Of a stretch of 54,767 nucleotides of DNA, positions 12,745 to 25,454 are shown piece by piece. The stretch comes from Octopus bimaculoides. Its lineage: Eukaryota. Made by a program: the position numbers and the translations under genes. The DNA lies in NCBI RefSeq assembly GCF_001194135.2, contig NC_068995.1:52242865-52297631 (forward strand), read 5' to 3'. Within the stretch, counting starts at the first letter, position 1. Every line of letters begins with the position of its first letter. The notes under the pieces were generated by a model that saw only the letters and a list, made by a program, of their open reading frames with translations, was not told the DNA's origin and searched no databases.

Positions 12745-12950
12745 GTTGTTGTTTTATAGCCCCAGGTCAGCCTCCATCGAAATAAGGTCATGATCAAAAG
12801 CGTTCCAGCTATGACCATATCGTCTTTTATTTCGGACATAATATGTCTTTGAACAACATTACATAGTGTGTCTTTTTAAGGCGATCGTTGCCTGATACGA
12901 GAGGCATTTAGCTCCTATTTTTAGCAAGGTCAAGAAGCTATTATAGTTCG
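12745..12950 (-). mobile_element. SINE family C
   Basis: gttgtt..agccccaggtcagcc..atgatcaaaagcgttccagc..ctatttttagca, matching 35315-35480. Confidence 0.65.
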
Positions 12951-13359
12951 TTGTAATGGTTGACTTTCACCAATGGCACGATACATATGTAACAACAATG
13001 TGTGTGTGTGGACTTATTATGCAGTATTTTTGTGATTTGAGTTTCGGAAAATTTTTAAAAACCAACAAGCATATCTACGTTAATCCCCGAGGGCAGAATA
13101 TCTATTACATAACTCTTTATGGACGGGAAACCTAAGGTGATTCCATAAACCGGCCTTCCTCATTTTTATCATATATTAGAGTGAGCCTCTTCTTTCGGAT
13201 TTGTTTCTAGAAACGATATATACACACACACAGGTATGGTGATGCAATCAGAGGAAATCGAATTCAAAATATAAGTGCCAACACACGAAACTCTCGGCCC
13301 TTGAGTCACTCTGTTGCTTCCACTTAATATTAATAAATAAATAAATAAGTAAATATTAT

Positions 13360-13560
13360 GAGTGGCTGTGTGGTAAGTGGCTTGCTTACCAACCACATGG
13401 TTCTGGGTTCAATCCCACTGCGTGGCACCTTGGGCAAGTGTCTTCTACTATAGCTTCGGGNNNNNNNNNNCAAGTGTCTTCTACTATAGCTTCGGGCTGA
13501 CCAAAGCCTTGTGAGTGGACTTGGTAGGCGGAAATTGAAAGAAGCCCGTCGTATATATGT
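13360..13560 (+). mobile_element. SINE family A head/core spanning a 10-N gap
   Basis: Near-consensus head and core; a 26-bp duplicate flanks the gap (assembly overlap). Confidence 0.85.
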
Positions 13561-13883
13561 ATATATGTGTGTATGTATGTATGTATGTGCTTTGGCCTTT
13601 ATTATTTATTATCTTGCAATTGTGATTTTTTTTTTTGAAGAAATTGCGTAGATTTTGTTTCTTTGCCGTGTTGTTGTTTTTGTCCAAGGCTAGTTCTCTG
13701 ATCAAGCAAACAACTACGATTATAAGACATCCCTACATCTAGGATCTAGAATCCCTACATCCAATATCCTTTTTCTTGAGGTAGTAGGATATGGGTCAAG
13801 ATTCTTGACCCATATTTCTATGGTATTTCTAAGAGGTCCTGCTGTCAAGTACAGAATCAGTCATGGGCAGTGATGATAAAGAA

Positions 13884-13898
13884 GAAGAAGAAGAAGAA

Positions 13899-13951
<53 letters not shown>

Positions 13952-13963
13952 CGACGATGACGA
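13884..13963 (+). repeat. (GAA)n-(GAT)n-(GAC)n compound microsatellite
   Basis: Directly visible. Confidence 0.95.
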
Positions 13964-14522
13964 TGTTGGGGGGAAAGCATCATTGTGAAAGAAACTCACA
14001 AAGTAGCCGAAATAGTGTTTAGCCAACAACGGAGTAAGGGAGATAATCGAGTGTGTGTGAACGAAACCGATGCTGGTTTTTCCTTTCTATCGAAATCGTT
14101 ATCGAACCATCTGCGGCTATGGGATGACAGAATCGATATTGTAACCGTCAAAAATATTTTGGATCTTTACTTTCTCTCAGATATGTATGAATATGAGTTC
14201 GTGTGTTGTTTTTATCGAATGATGGAGCTGTGATCAGAGGTGTTCTGGGTGTCACATCAGCCCCTTTAGGTGGGGGAGGGTAATTTGAAAGATATTGGGT
14301 TTGTGCGCGCCAGCGTGTGTTTGCTGCGTGTTTATGTATATCTGTGGGTATTTGAACACATAGAAAGAGCTGCTAAATCTCGGGTCGCACCCCATAATAA
14401 TGGAAATGCATACAATGGGTACGATATGGATTAGGATGAAGTATGCCCTGGGGGGAAAAGTTAGGATTGGCAGTTAAACCATAACATATAGAGCTAGTGC
14501 TCTCTCTCTCTCACTCTCTCCC

Positions 14523-14583
<61 letters not shown>

Positions 14584-14627
14584 GGATGGAAAGACAGATA
14601 GATAGATAGACAGACAGATAGACAGAC

Positions 14628-14687
<60 letters not shown>

Positions 14688-14692
14688 GGATG

Positions 14693-14743
<51 letters not shown>

Positions 14744-14940
14744 GGATGGAAAGACAGATAGNNNNNNNNNNNNNNNNNNNNNNNNNNNNNNNNNNNNNNN
14801 NNNNNNNNNNNNNNNNNNNNNNNNNNNNNNNNNNNNNNNNNNNNNNNNNNNNNNNNNNNNNNNNNNNNNNNNNNNNNNNNNNNNNNNNNNNNNNNNNNNN
14901 NNNNNNNNNNNNNNNNNNNNNNAGATAGATAGATAGACAG
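14523..14940 (+). repeat. (GATA)n/(GACA)n array with internal gap
   Basis: Directly visible; N 14762-14922. Confidence 0.95.
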
Positions 14941-15329
14941 ATGGCATTTTTTTTTTTTTTTTTGAGTAGTGACTTTCAAGGCTTAGATAAAGTTCTAAAT
15001 AATAGCAAGAAAATACTGTGTTTTAAAAAATCCTTTTGAATAGAAAACGTTGTTCACAAGACTCAAACCTGCTTCTGCAGACAATCTTTTTAAAGGCTCT
15101 GAAGAAGCTATAAAGTGAAGCACAAGCACTGAGCTCTGAGTACACTGCATCTTATAGCTAAAACAACTGTAAGCTAATGAAGTTGATTATTATGTAATTC
15201 TTGCTTCCTTGTCATTTATTTAATTTCATGTGCTTAGTATTTGCCTAATACTTTATTCTAAAACATAACTATGTTGATTTTTAACAACAGATTATTAGTA
15301 TTGTTATGCCTGAGTGAAAACTATGTGTA

Positions 15330-15560
15330 TGTCATCATCATCATCAGCATCATTGTCATTTTACATCCACTTTCCACAATGACATGGTTTGGACGTCATC
15401 ACGGTCTGAGTTACCTCCCATTAAGAGCTACAATTTCCAACGAGTCGGTGCTCGTGTTGTGTCATCTGACTTGATTTGTACATCTTGATGCCCTTTCTAA
15501 CACCAGCCATGTTACTGAATGTTCTGGGCATATTTTCTTGTGACACCAACACTAGAGCGG
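15330..15560 (-). mobile_element. RTE-tail retroposon, degenerate
   Basis: (CAT)n-ttttacatccactttcc...gatgccctttctaacaccagcc. Confidence 0.55.
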
Positions 15561-16501
15561 TCGAATAGTCCTTGGACCTTATAACTCTACACATTCTCTG
15601 CCAATTTAACAAACCACATCACCATGTTAAATGGTTCAGAGAGGTCTTGTACACAGTAAATGTACATTTGGAAAAGGGACAGTGATTACAGAAAAGCTAG
15701 AAATGGTTATTAGGGAAGTGATTGTAGGTATACAGAGAGTACTTAATAAATATATGGGTCCCAATTGAGAATTAGTGATGGAGATGTTGCCACGAATGAA
15801 TAGGGTTTTAGGATTTTTATTTATTTGCCTGCTTTGACCTGTGTTTAAGTTAAAACTTCTGGTTTGATCATTTTGACTGCTATATTTAGCATGCCAGTAC
15901 TGCTTATCAGTACACTTAATTATTAAAATATATATATATGTGTGGGTGTGTATGATATATATATATATATATATATNNNNNNNNNNNNNNNNNNNNNNNN
16001 NNNNNNNNNNNNNNNNNNNNNNNNNNNNNNNNNNNNNNNNNNNNNNNNNNNNNNNNNNNNNNNNNNNNNNNNNNNNNNNNNNNNNNNNNNNNNNNNNNNN
16101 NNNNNNNNNNNNNNNNNNNNNNNNNNNNNNNNNNNNNNNNNNNNNNNNNNNNNNNNNNNNNNNNNNNNNNNNNNNNNNNNNNNNNNNNNNNNNNNNNNNN
16201 NNNNNNNNNNNNNNNNNNNNNNNNNNNNNNNNNNNNNNNNNNNNNNNNNNNNNNNNNNNNNNNNNNNNNNNNNNNNNNNNNNNNNNNNNNNNNNNNNNNN
16301 NNNNNNNNNNNNNNNNNNNNNNNNNNNNNNNNNNNNNNNNNNNNNNNNNNNNNNNNNNNNNNNNNNNNNNNNNNNNNNNNNNNNNNNNNNNNNNNNNNNN
16401 NNNNNNNNNNNNNNNNNNNNNNNNNNNNNNNNNNNNNNNNNNNNNNNNNNNNNNNNNNNNNNNNNNNNNNNNNNNNNNNNNNNNNNNNNNNNNNNNNNNN
16501 N

Positions 16502-16557
<56 letters not shown>

Positions 16558-16996
16558 CGTGTATATATGAGTGTGTGTCACATAACAATACTTTGTATAC
16601 GTGTATATGTGAAAGTGGGTGTACATGTGTGTGTGTGTGCGTGTCAGTCACCTGAAATATCTATCCAAACGATCTTTTGTTAAGACAGGATGCCAAAAGT
16701 AGTGAAACTGCTTCTCTGACAACTTGACAAAACCTACTTCAAACGGAATCCTATATAGGAGGAAAGTGAAGAATGGGAGAGAGTGTGAGAGAAAAATAGG
16801 TGTTGTTCCAGACATTTCCTCAGAAAATTGTTAGTTGTGTCTACATATTCAAGTGCAGACACTCGGCAGATAAACACATCATATCCTCATGCGCACACAC
16901 ACACAAAGGTTTATGTAGAAATATATACACACACGGACGGAAAGATAGACAGAGACACACTCTTACACACACATACACACAGAAAGAGACAGGCAG

Positions 16997-17041
<45 letters not shown>

Positions 17042-17307
17042 AACATATACATGCATAGACAAATACATATACACTGATACACGCAAGCGCATACACACAG
17101 ACTTATTGATACAAACAGAGAAATATATACACACATTGACAGAAAGATAGACTCACACACACACACACACACAAATGGATAGTCAGATATATATACCCAA
17201 ACATATATACATACACACAAATACAAATACACACTTCCTCTGACAAACAGACAGATACACTCACGCGCACGCACACACACACACACAAACACATATATAT
17301 ATATATC

Positions 17308-17462
17308 TGATGGGCTTCTTTCAGTTTCTGTCTACCAAATCCACTGACGAGGCTTTTGGTCAGCCCGAGGTTATTGTAGAAGACACTTGCCCAAGGTGCC
17401 ATGCAATGGGACTGAACCTGGAACCATGTGGTTGGGAAGCAAGCTTCTTACCACACAGCCAC
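17308..17462 (-). mobile_element. SINE family A
   Basis: gggcttctttcagtttctgtctaccaaatcc...gacacttgcccaaggtgcc...ccacacagcc. Confidence 0.85.
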
Positions 17463-18839
17463 ACCACATACATATACATTATTCATATTTTTATTTATAT
17501 ATGTCTGGGTTTTTTTTCTTCTTGTGTGCATGAACATAAAAGCAATTAAAAACTCCAGCTATGTACATGAAGCCCCCCCCCCCACAAAAAAAAAAACGAA
17601 TGTAATCCTATACTTAATTGGTAATTCTACATTATTCACAGCTTCTCTCTGACAATATTAAGAAGACTAACAAGAAAAATAAAAACATTATTCCATATAT
17701 ATAATATAATTACCAAAGAATCAGAGAAACCTGGAATCCAGCTAAAAATAGATGATAAACCAGAATCTATAGTCAGGCATAACCTATACTTTACAGTTGA
17801 AGATCATAAGGGCAACTTCCATACGGACCCATAATGTACCTTAATTAACCTAGTTAATATAGATTAGGTATAGTAAGTACGCATATACTAGACATTTTCA
17901 TCTTAAGAATTTCAAACCAGCTTCAAGACTTAGAGTACAATGACATCTTTTCAAGTGGTTTGGTACTTGATAAAAATAGTGAAAGCAATTCATCCAATTT
18001 CACATCTCCAAATGTATGTATGTACATATATATATATATGTATGTACATANNNNNNNNNNNNNNNNNNNNNNNNNNNNNNNNNNNNNNNNNNNNNNNNNN
18101 NNNNNNNNNNNNNNNNNNNNNNNNNNNNNNNNNNNNNNNNNNNNNNNNNNNNNNNNNNNNNNNNNNNNNNNNNNNNNNNNNNNNNNNNNNNNNNNNNNNN
18201 NNNNNNNNNNNNNNNNNNNNNNNNNNNNNNNNNNNNNNNNNNNNNNNNNNNNNNNNNNNNNNNNNNNNNNNNNNNNNNNNNNNNNNNNNNNNNNNNNNNN
18301 NNNNNNNNNNNNNNNNNNNNNNNNNNNNNNNNNNNNNNNNNNNNNNNNNNNNNNNNNNNNNNNNNNNNNNNNNNNNNNNNNNNNNNNNNNNNNNNNNNNN
18401 NNNNNNNNNNNNNNNNNNNNNNNNNNNNNNNNNNNNNNNNNNNNNNNNNNNNNNNNNNNNNNNNNNNNNNNNNNNNNNNNNNNNNNNNNNNNNNNNNNNN
18501 NNNNNNNNNNNNNNNNNNNNNNNNNNNNNNNNNNNNNNNNNNNNNNNNNNNNNNNNNNNNNNNNNNNNNNNNNNNNNNNNNNNNNNNNNNNNNNNNNNNN
18601 NNNNNNNNNNNNNNNNNNNNNNNNNNNNNCATTCCTGTGTCTGACCAAAGTTGATCTGAAGTAGCAATTTCCTGACTTTAAGTGAAACATTGGAACTTGT
18701 TCCTAAGCGTGGCTGGCAGTGGGTGGGTGGGAGCCTGGGAGTGACATTTCGGTTGAGTCTAAGCAACACTTCAGTTCATTGTTTGACATTTTTTAAAAAT
18801 ATTTAATACCTATTAATAGATCCCACCTTTCAAGCTCAC

Positions 18840-18841
18840 CT

Positions 18842-18901
<60 letters not shown>

Positions 18902-19212
18902 CCTCTCTATCTATCTATCTATCTATCTATTTCTCTCTTTCTCTCTTTCTTTCTCTCCCTCTCTTTGTCTCATATTTTTCATTCACACTTTGTACTCTAT
19001 AGTAGTTTCTCTTACACACGCACGCGCACACACAAGCACACCAACACACCCACACACAAATGCACACGCAGGCATGCACTCACACACACGCTCACACACA
19101 CACACACATTCACACACACATGCACACACACACGCACACTCGCTCACTCATACACACACTCACGCACACACAAATACTCATCTACATACACCCCCCACAC
19201 ACACACACACCC
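18840..19212 (+). repeat. (CT)n/(CTAT)n then cryptic (CA)n microsatellite
   Basis: Directly visible. Confidence 0.9.
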
Positions 19213-20004
19213 AGCATAGGTTTCAAAAAGCAACTGTATGAGCAATCTTAAATAATGTTAGTCTGTTCAGTCCTGTAAATGAGCAGCCCCAAGCCATTTT
19301 TGCACCACGGAAGTGGTTTCAATGCAAGATAATTTTTCCACATACCATGGGATAACCTCATATGTTGAAAAAACTCAATACAGTGCACAATAAGTAAATT
19401 AATTATTACATATTTAAGACATATGTAATGCAAAAAACACCCTGCAGACTGCAATAGAGATAAGATTTTTAAATTTATTCTTTCTGTGTGGCCCTGTACT
19501 AAATGATCCACAGCCTGGTATTGGTCTGTGGCTCAGTGTTTGGGGTCCCCTGCAGCAGATGAAAGGAGGGAAACTTCCTTTTGTCAAGGATGAGGAATGC
19601 GTGTTATGACAGAAAATACCAAAACAACATATGCATTGCAGAACAGCAATCACAACAATTGCAGCAACAACAGCAGCAGCCACTACCACCACCGCTGCCA
19701 CCACCACCTTGCATTTCATTCTGATTGGTTTTGAATTAACTGAAAGACAATGTCATGTCATTTCAAGAGTTTATTTATGAAGCTTTATTAGAAAGTGACG
19801 AATGACATTTAACAAGCACACACACACACACTCACACACACACACACACTCACACACACACACACACTCACACACACACACACACAAATAAAATAAGATA
19901 AACTAAGAGAGTGAAAACTTAAAACCAATCAAGCTGAGTCACCTTTCATGTACACCATCTCCCTCAGGCCAATGAACATGTCACTGAAAGATCATATGAC
20001 TAGC

Positions 20005-20190
20005 AAGAAATAGCAGCTAAATCCCTCCTTGTTGCATTTAAGAAGGACACATTTGATAATGTAGTCCTAGATGCACAGTGTCTGAATAGCAGAAATGATG
20101 GTCACAGCCTTTGGTTCTTTTGATGATAGGTCAGCTTGTCCAAGGACAACCTGGTGTTAAACAGCAACAAGAACAATAACAACAACATTG
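20005..20190 (+). mobile_element. SINE family C
   Basis: agaaatagcagctaaatccctcc...ggacacatttgataatg...(AAC)n tail. Confidence 0.6.
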
Positions 20191-20448
20191 GCACTTCTAC
20201 CACCACCACCACCACCACTAACACTACCACCACTAACAAATGGTGGGGTGGATTGTTGCAACTAAGCTTGGCAGCCATGTGGCTGCACTTTCTTGCATTA
20301 TAACTGCAATTGGCGCCATATTAGCGCCAAATGACATGTATGCCACTTTGCAGGGGTCATCCAGCTGCCACTCCCTGTGTCAATCAAAATGTTGAACTTT
20401 AAACTCTGGGGTTTATAATTGCCAGGCTTCAAGTGGTAAAAACAATAT

Positions 20449-20514
<66 letters not shown>

Positions 20515-20527
20515 NNNNNNNNNNNAT

Positions 20528-20579
<52 letters not shown>

Positions 20580-20774
20580 CTACAAACACATCCACACACA
20601 TCCACTTACCTACTGAAGTATTACCCACCCAACTGCTTTACTCAACAATTAAGGAGCTTGCCATATGCTTCCTCGACTGGCTAGAAAGAGCAGCCAAATC
20701 CCCATCAAATCACACTTTACCATAATAAAAATACGAGTGCATATTGGATAATGTTGGCTTGGGTTTTTCCACAC

Positions 20775-20776
<2 letters not shown>

Positions 20777-20806
<30 letters not shown>

Positions 20807-20837
20807 AAGAAGAAGAAGAAGAAGAAGAAGAAGAAGA
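20777..20837 (+). repeat. (AAG)n microsatellite
   Basis: Directly visible. Confidence 0.95.
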
Positions 20838-21654
20838 AAATACATTAAGGAAAAAAGGGGAAATATCCTGGTTGGGGGTGGGAGAAAGATATAATATAAT
20901 AGGTGGCTGGAAGACTCGGTGGATCACCGGAAATCTCCCCAAGCTTTCTTCGCCGTTAATCTTTCCAAGATCGGTGAAATAAACTACCAGTCAATAAAAT
21001 ATATATCAGATTTGATATAAGATAATAAATTGACTAAATCCTAGAAGGCGGTGCTCCAGTCTGGCCACAGTCCAATAACTAAAATCTCCACTTTAAGAAC
21101 GAAAGCTTTATTGAATAAAATTTGAGTCGCTCAATATTAGTTTAATATCAGTTATCTCCCTTACACTTCGCAAACTCTTAAAAGTCATTGAGTTTGTTTT
21201 AGACTGTGATGCTTTTAAGACCGCGATGTTTTAGACTGTGATGCTTTTAAGACCGCGATGGACCATAGGCCTTAGCCTTGATATATTAAAAATCGGTTTT
21301 TCTTTAGTTTGTTTGTTTTTCAGCTATGGTCCATTAAGATAAATGTTTATTAAATAAATATCATTTGTGTACTTGATTTTTGATTTTATCATTTTCGTTT
21401 AAATAAAATAAAATATTTAGAATTGTTAACATTTCGTATAATTGTCCTTTTGAATAATTTTCATTCATACAATTTTCCATTCGAATAAATGTTTTTCGAA
21501 TAATTGCTTTTGAATAATTGTTTTCAAACAATTATTTTCGAACAATGTTCATATAATCTGTAGATCACCATTTCCCAATTGTAAAAATGATCAGCATGGT
21601 GCCAACATCCCAACCAAGAAAAAAAAACAGCAAGGTTACAGAAGCTATGAAGTT

Positions 21655-21940
21655 AATTCAAAACCAACAAGACTTGGGAGAGGAAATCTTTCCCTATGAT
21701 GCAGTGCAGCAAAATCTGCAAGCCATTCAACATTAAATACCAGGCCCTGACCTGGAATCCACAAGGGAGGCAGGAAAGAAGATGCCCTGAAAAATAGCTG
21801 ATGGTGGGATATTGAGGTAGAAATGAAAAAAAAAAAAAACAGGGATCCAACAGGAGGGAAGCAGAAAAATGACAGCTCAGAGTCAAGAACAGTGGAAGAC
21901 AAACATCAATAGCCTTTGCTCCCTAGGGAGCAGCATGCTT
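21655..21940 (+). pseudogene. RTE-clade LINE ORF C-terminal relic
   Basis: Frameshifted translation ...YQALTWNPQGRQERRCPEK / WDIEVEMKK / AQSQEQWKTNINSLCSLGS matches the RTE C-terminal pattern RQALTWNPQGKRKRGRPK...AQDR..W...V..LCS. Confidence 0.75.
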
Positions 21941-21942
21941 AA

Positions 21943-22376
21943 CCCTTTAGTATCCGGCCAAAATATTCTCCCTGCTTTATGTTCAAACTCACCAGATCTG
22001 GCCTCACACCAATCCTACAATAGTATCTAAAAATTAACAGTTACTTCATCAAAATCTCAAAGCTACAAGATAATCTTTTCTACTAAAGGCTCAAGGTTTG
22101 GAATTCTGGTGGAGGGGGTTAGTCAATTACATCGACCCCAGTGTTTCACTGGTACATAATTTATTGACCCCGAAAGGATAAAAGGCAGAACCAACCTCAG
22201 CAGAATTTGAACTCAGAACATAAGGACGAATTAAATGCTGCGAAGCATTTTATCTTGTGTGCTACTGATTCAGCCATTTTGCCACCTTCAAAGCTACAAG
22301 ATTAATGCATGATTAATTGAAAACAATGTCAGTAAATAAGTATTACTTTTGACAAAATAATGTGAATGCTAAAGGG
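21943..22376. mobile_element. TTAA-specific MITE (piggyBac-like ends) interrupted by a SINE
   Basis: TTAA|CCCTTTAG at 21939-50 and CTAAAGGG|TTAA at 22369-80. Confidence 0.8.
22075..22287 (-). mobile_element. tRNA-headed SINE family B nested in the MITE
   Basis: ccccgaaaggataaaaggc core and gaatttgaactc B-box; 15-bp TSD TCAAAGCTACAAGAT at 22057-71 and 22288-302. Confidence 0.85.
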
Positions 22377-22688
22377 TTAAATACGTAAGTAGGAGGACAT
22401 TAGTTGAGGGATGCTTGTGTTTAAGAGGAAGAATGTAATGTCATGATGTTTTATTGACATAAGTGTTTGTGTTCTTTTGTTGGCGAAAGAAACACGATGG
22501 GCCTAGTCCCATTGGAGGATTCTTCTCGGGTCTTTGTTCATAAAGATCAGTGTGGTTATGTTTGCTGTGTCATTGAAGTGGTAGACAATATATTTCTGTG
22601 CTGGTAGTTTGTTTTCCAGGTGATTAATCAGAGACATTAGACAGCAGTGAATCTAGATATCCTTTGATAATATCAGAAGAGGATGTTC

Positions 22689-22694
<6 letters not shown>

Positions 22695-22720
<26 letters not shown>

Positions 22721-22797
22721 TAGCACCAGATTAACCCTGAACAAACACAACTATGAGCAAAGCTATTGCTGTCATAACAAACCAATCTTTATTCTTC

Positions 22798-22831
<34 letters not shown>

Positions 22832-23128
22832 GTCTGTCTGTCTGTCTGTCAGTCTATCTATCTATCCATCTGTCTACCTATGTCTGACTGTCTCTCTCTT
22901 TCTTTCCCTCTCTTTATTTGTATATATGCCTTCCTCTTTGTCTTTCTTTTTATCTCCCTTCCCCTCTCTCTTTCTTTCTTTCCCTCTCCCTCCCTCCCCC
23001 CTTTCTCTCCTCTGTATATTTACCAACCTATCTATTTATCTCTGTCTATCTCTCTCACTCTCTGTCTGTCTGTCTCTGTCTCTGTTTGTCTGTCTCTGTC
23101 TCTGTCTGTCTGTCTCTCTCTCTCTCTC

Positions 23129-23190
<62 letters not shown>

Positions 23191-23300
23191 TCTATCTGTC
23201 TTATTTTATACTATATATCTATATACATTTTACATTTAAGATGGTAGAGTGTGATTTAAGGCCAATTTGGTTGCTGTTTCTAGCAGATCAAGCAATCGCA
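22695..23300 (-). mobile_element. SINE family C split by a ~430-bp compound (CTAT/CTGT/CT)n microsatellite
   Basis: Tail at 22695-22790 and head-side gtgtgatttaaggccaatttggttgctgtttctagc at 23230-23300. Confidence 0.55.
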
Positions 23301-23564
23301 TGGGTGGTTGTCTTAATCACTCATTTTGTCATTCTGCTGTTGTTATTGTTGTTGTTGTTGCTCTGTAAGATTTAATTTTGCCAATAGTTTGGACCCAGTG
23401 ACTTTGCTCAAAGTTGCTTTCTACTTTGATTACAATTTTTTCCGAAGCTGCTTTGTTTTCAGGAAGAAACATTGGAGAGAAGTGCAACAAAATATGCTTC
23501 AGTGGTGGTAGAGGTGGTAGTAGTGGTGGTGGTGGTGGTGGCGGCGGCGGTGTATATACATATA

Positions 23565-23729
23565 TACGACGGGCTTCTTTCAGTTTCCATCTACCAAATC
23601 CACTCACGAGGCTTTGGTCGGCCCGAGGCTATAGTAGAAGACACTTGCCCAAGGTGTCACGCAGTGGGACTGAACCCGGAACCATGTGGTTCGTAAGCAA
23701 GCTACTTACCACACAGCCACTCCTACGCC
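23565..23729 (-). mobile_element. SINE family A, young near-consensus copy
   Basis: Intact head (...ccacacagccactcctacgcc) with CpGs retained. Confidence 0.9.
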
Positions 23730-23804
23730 AAGTAGTGGTGGGGGACAAACACAAAGACACACACACACACATGCATGATAGGCTTCTACACAGTGGATGA
23801 TTCC

Positions 23805-23975
23805 ATGCTTGTCCCTCACCACTTGACAGCTAGTGCTGGTTTGTTGTGTCTCCACGACTTAGCGGCTTAGCAAAAAGAGGCCAGGTTTAAAATAAGGGCT
23901 GGTGTCGATTTTATTGACGAAACCCTTCGAGGCAGTGCTTCAGCTTGGTCACAGTCGAATGGCTGAAACCAGTGA
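23805..23975 (+). mobile_element. SINE family A 3' half
   Basis: cttagcggcttagcaaaaagagg...gcagtgcttcagcttggtcacagtc..ctgaaac. Confidence 0.65.
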
Positions 23976-24424
23976 GTGAGTAAATGAGAGTGAAGAACAT
24001 CATCAAATAAAAACGTTACTAAAATGCAAGATTATTATTATATCCGTAGTCTTAAATCTCTTCTGGTTTTACGAGTACCAAAGACTTTAATTACATAATC
24101 ATAATTAAGTTCATATGCAAGAGATTATTCAACTGCTAAGATTTCCAGATGAGATAATCTGTCTTGGCACATCATTGATCTCCTAACATTCTTAATATAA
24201 GCTAAAACACTGGAAGATCTTCCAACCTGTGCTACTACGGCTGGTAGGCAGCAAAAATATTCAAAGTGCTGTAATTACATTAGAGAATAGAACTTGGAGC
24301 TGCATCTCAGTGAGTTTGTTTCATAATTCAATTGATGGAACTGGGAAGGGAGAAATATTTGATTTATTTATTGATTTTAAACAGAATTTTCATCTCTCGT
24401 TTCAAGTGATATATCAATAGTTTA

Positions 24425-24490
24425 TATATATATAGATATAGATATATAGATATAGATATATAGATATATAGATATAGATATATAGATATA
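24425..24490 (+). repeat. (TATAGA)n hexanucleotide microsatellite
   Basis: Directly visible. Confidence 0.9.
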
Positions 24491-24661
24491 TTTGTATGAT
24501 ATATTTTATACAACTGGTTAATGCTGAGTTCAATGAGATTATTTTCTATTTCAGGATATTTCCAAATGAAACCAAGTTAATTATTGAAATAAGATGGGGC
24601 TTTGAAGCAACTCGAAATATTTGAAATGGCCAAGTCAGATATAGTACATGATAGTCTTATC

Positions 24662-25065
24662 TTAACCCTTTTAGCATCAACCTGCCTAGGACTGTTACCA
24701 GTTATGATACAAATTTCCTGCTTTATAGTGATCTCAATTAAAACCTGCCATCAAAATTACATCTTAATTTATTTCTCAAACATAAACTTAATAATGGTTT
24801 CAAATTTTGCCACAAGGGCAACAATTTTGGGGGAAGGGGATGAGTCAATTACATCAACCCCAGTGTTCAACCGGTACTTATTTTATCGACCCTGAAAGGA
24901 TGAAAGGCAAAGTTGACCTCAGCAGAATTTGAACTCAGAATGTAGCGATGGGTGAAATACCACTAAGTATTTTGTCCGGCATGCTAATGATTCTGCCAGC
25001 TCACTGCCTTAAACATAAGCTTAATAATGACAAATTTGATTTGCAAAGATTTTCATCATTTTGGA
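24662..25065 (+). mobile_element. Second TTAA-type MITE, right end lost, interrupted by a SINE
   Basis: TTAA|CCCTTTTAGCAT at 24662; no right TIR found. Confidence 0.55.
24797..25010 (-). mobile_element. SINE family B nested in the MITE
   Basis: Full head and core; 19-bp TSD aaacataa(a/g)cttaataatg at 24778-96 and 25011-29. Confidence 0.85.
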
Positions 25066-25238
25066 AAAAGCACCCAGTACGCTCTGTAGAGTGGTTGATA
25101 TGAGGAAGGTTATCAAACCATAGAAACCATCCAAAGATGACACTGGGGTTTATTTCAGCCATGTGGCTTGTTGGATCCTTGCAAACCAATCAGCCCATAC
25201 CAGCATAGAAAACAGACATTAAATGATGATGATAATAA
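25066..25238 (+). mobile_element. RTE-type 3' tail
   Basis: aaaagcaccc..gagtggttg..aggaagg..cccataccagcatagaaaacagacattaaatgatgatg. Confidence 0.7.
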
Positions 25239-25454
25239 TCATTGCAATCGAAGGCATGGATTTGATTCTCAGACTAAATAGTACATTGTGTTCTTCAGCA
25301 AGGCACTTCATTTAAAGATGTTTCAGTTCCCTCAGAGGAAAAGGAGAGTGCCAGTATTAAGCTAAGGAAATGGTTTAATTCTGTAATAAATTGGTGTCCT
25401 GTTCAGGTCAGAGTCTTGCACTGTCAACTACTTAAATGCAATGGAAACATCGGC

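Noticed and set aside
13435-13496. 26-bp direct repeat around 10 Ns (similar at 20449-20575)
   Set aside because: Unmerged contig overlap, not a biological duplication or TSD.
11890-18769. ORFs of 140-260 aa containing X runs
   Set aside because: They span N gaps.
24229-24420. KGEIFDLFIDFKQNF resembling the LINE RT motif LDFxKAFD
   Set aside because: Single weak motif; flanking RT motifs not recoverable by eye.
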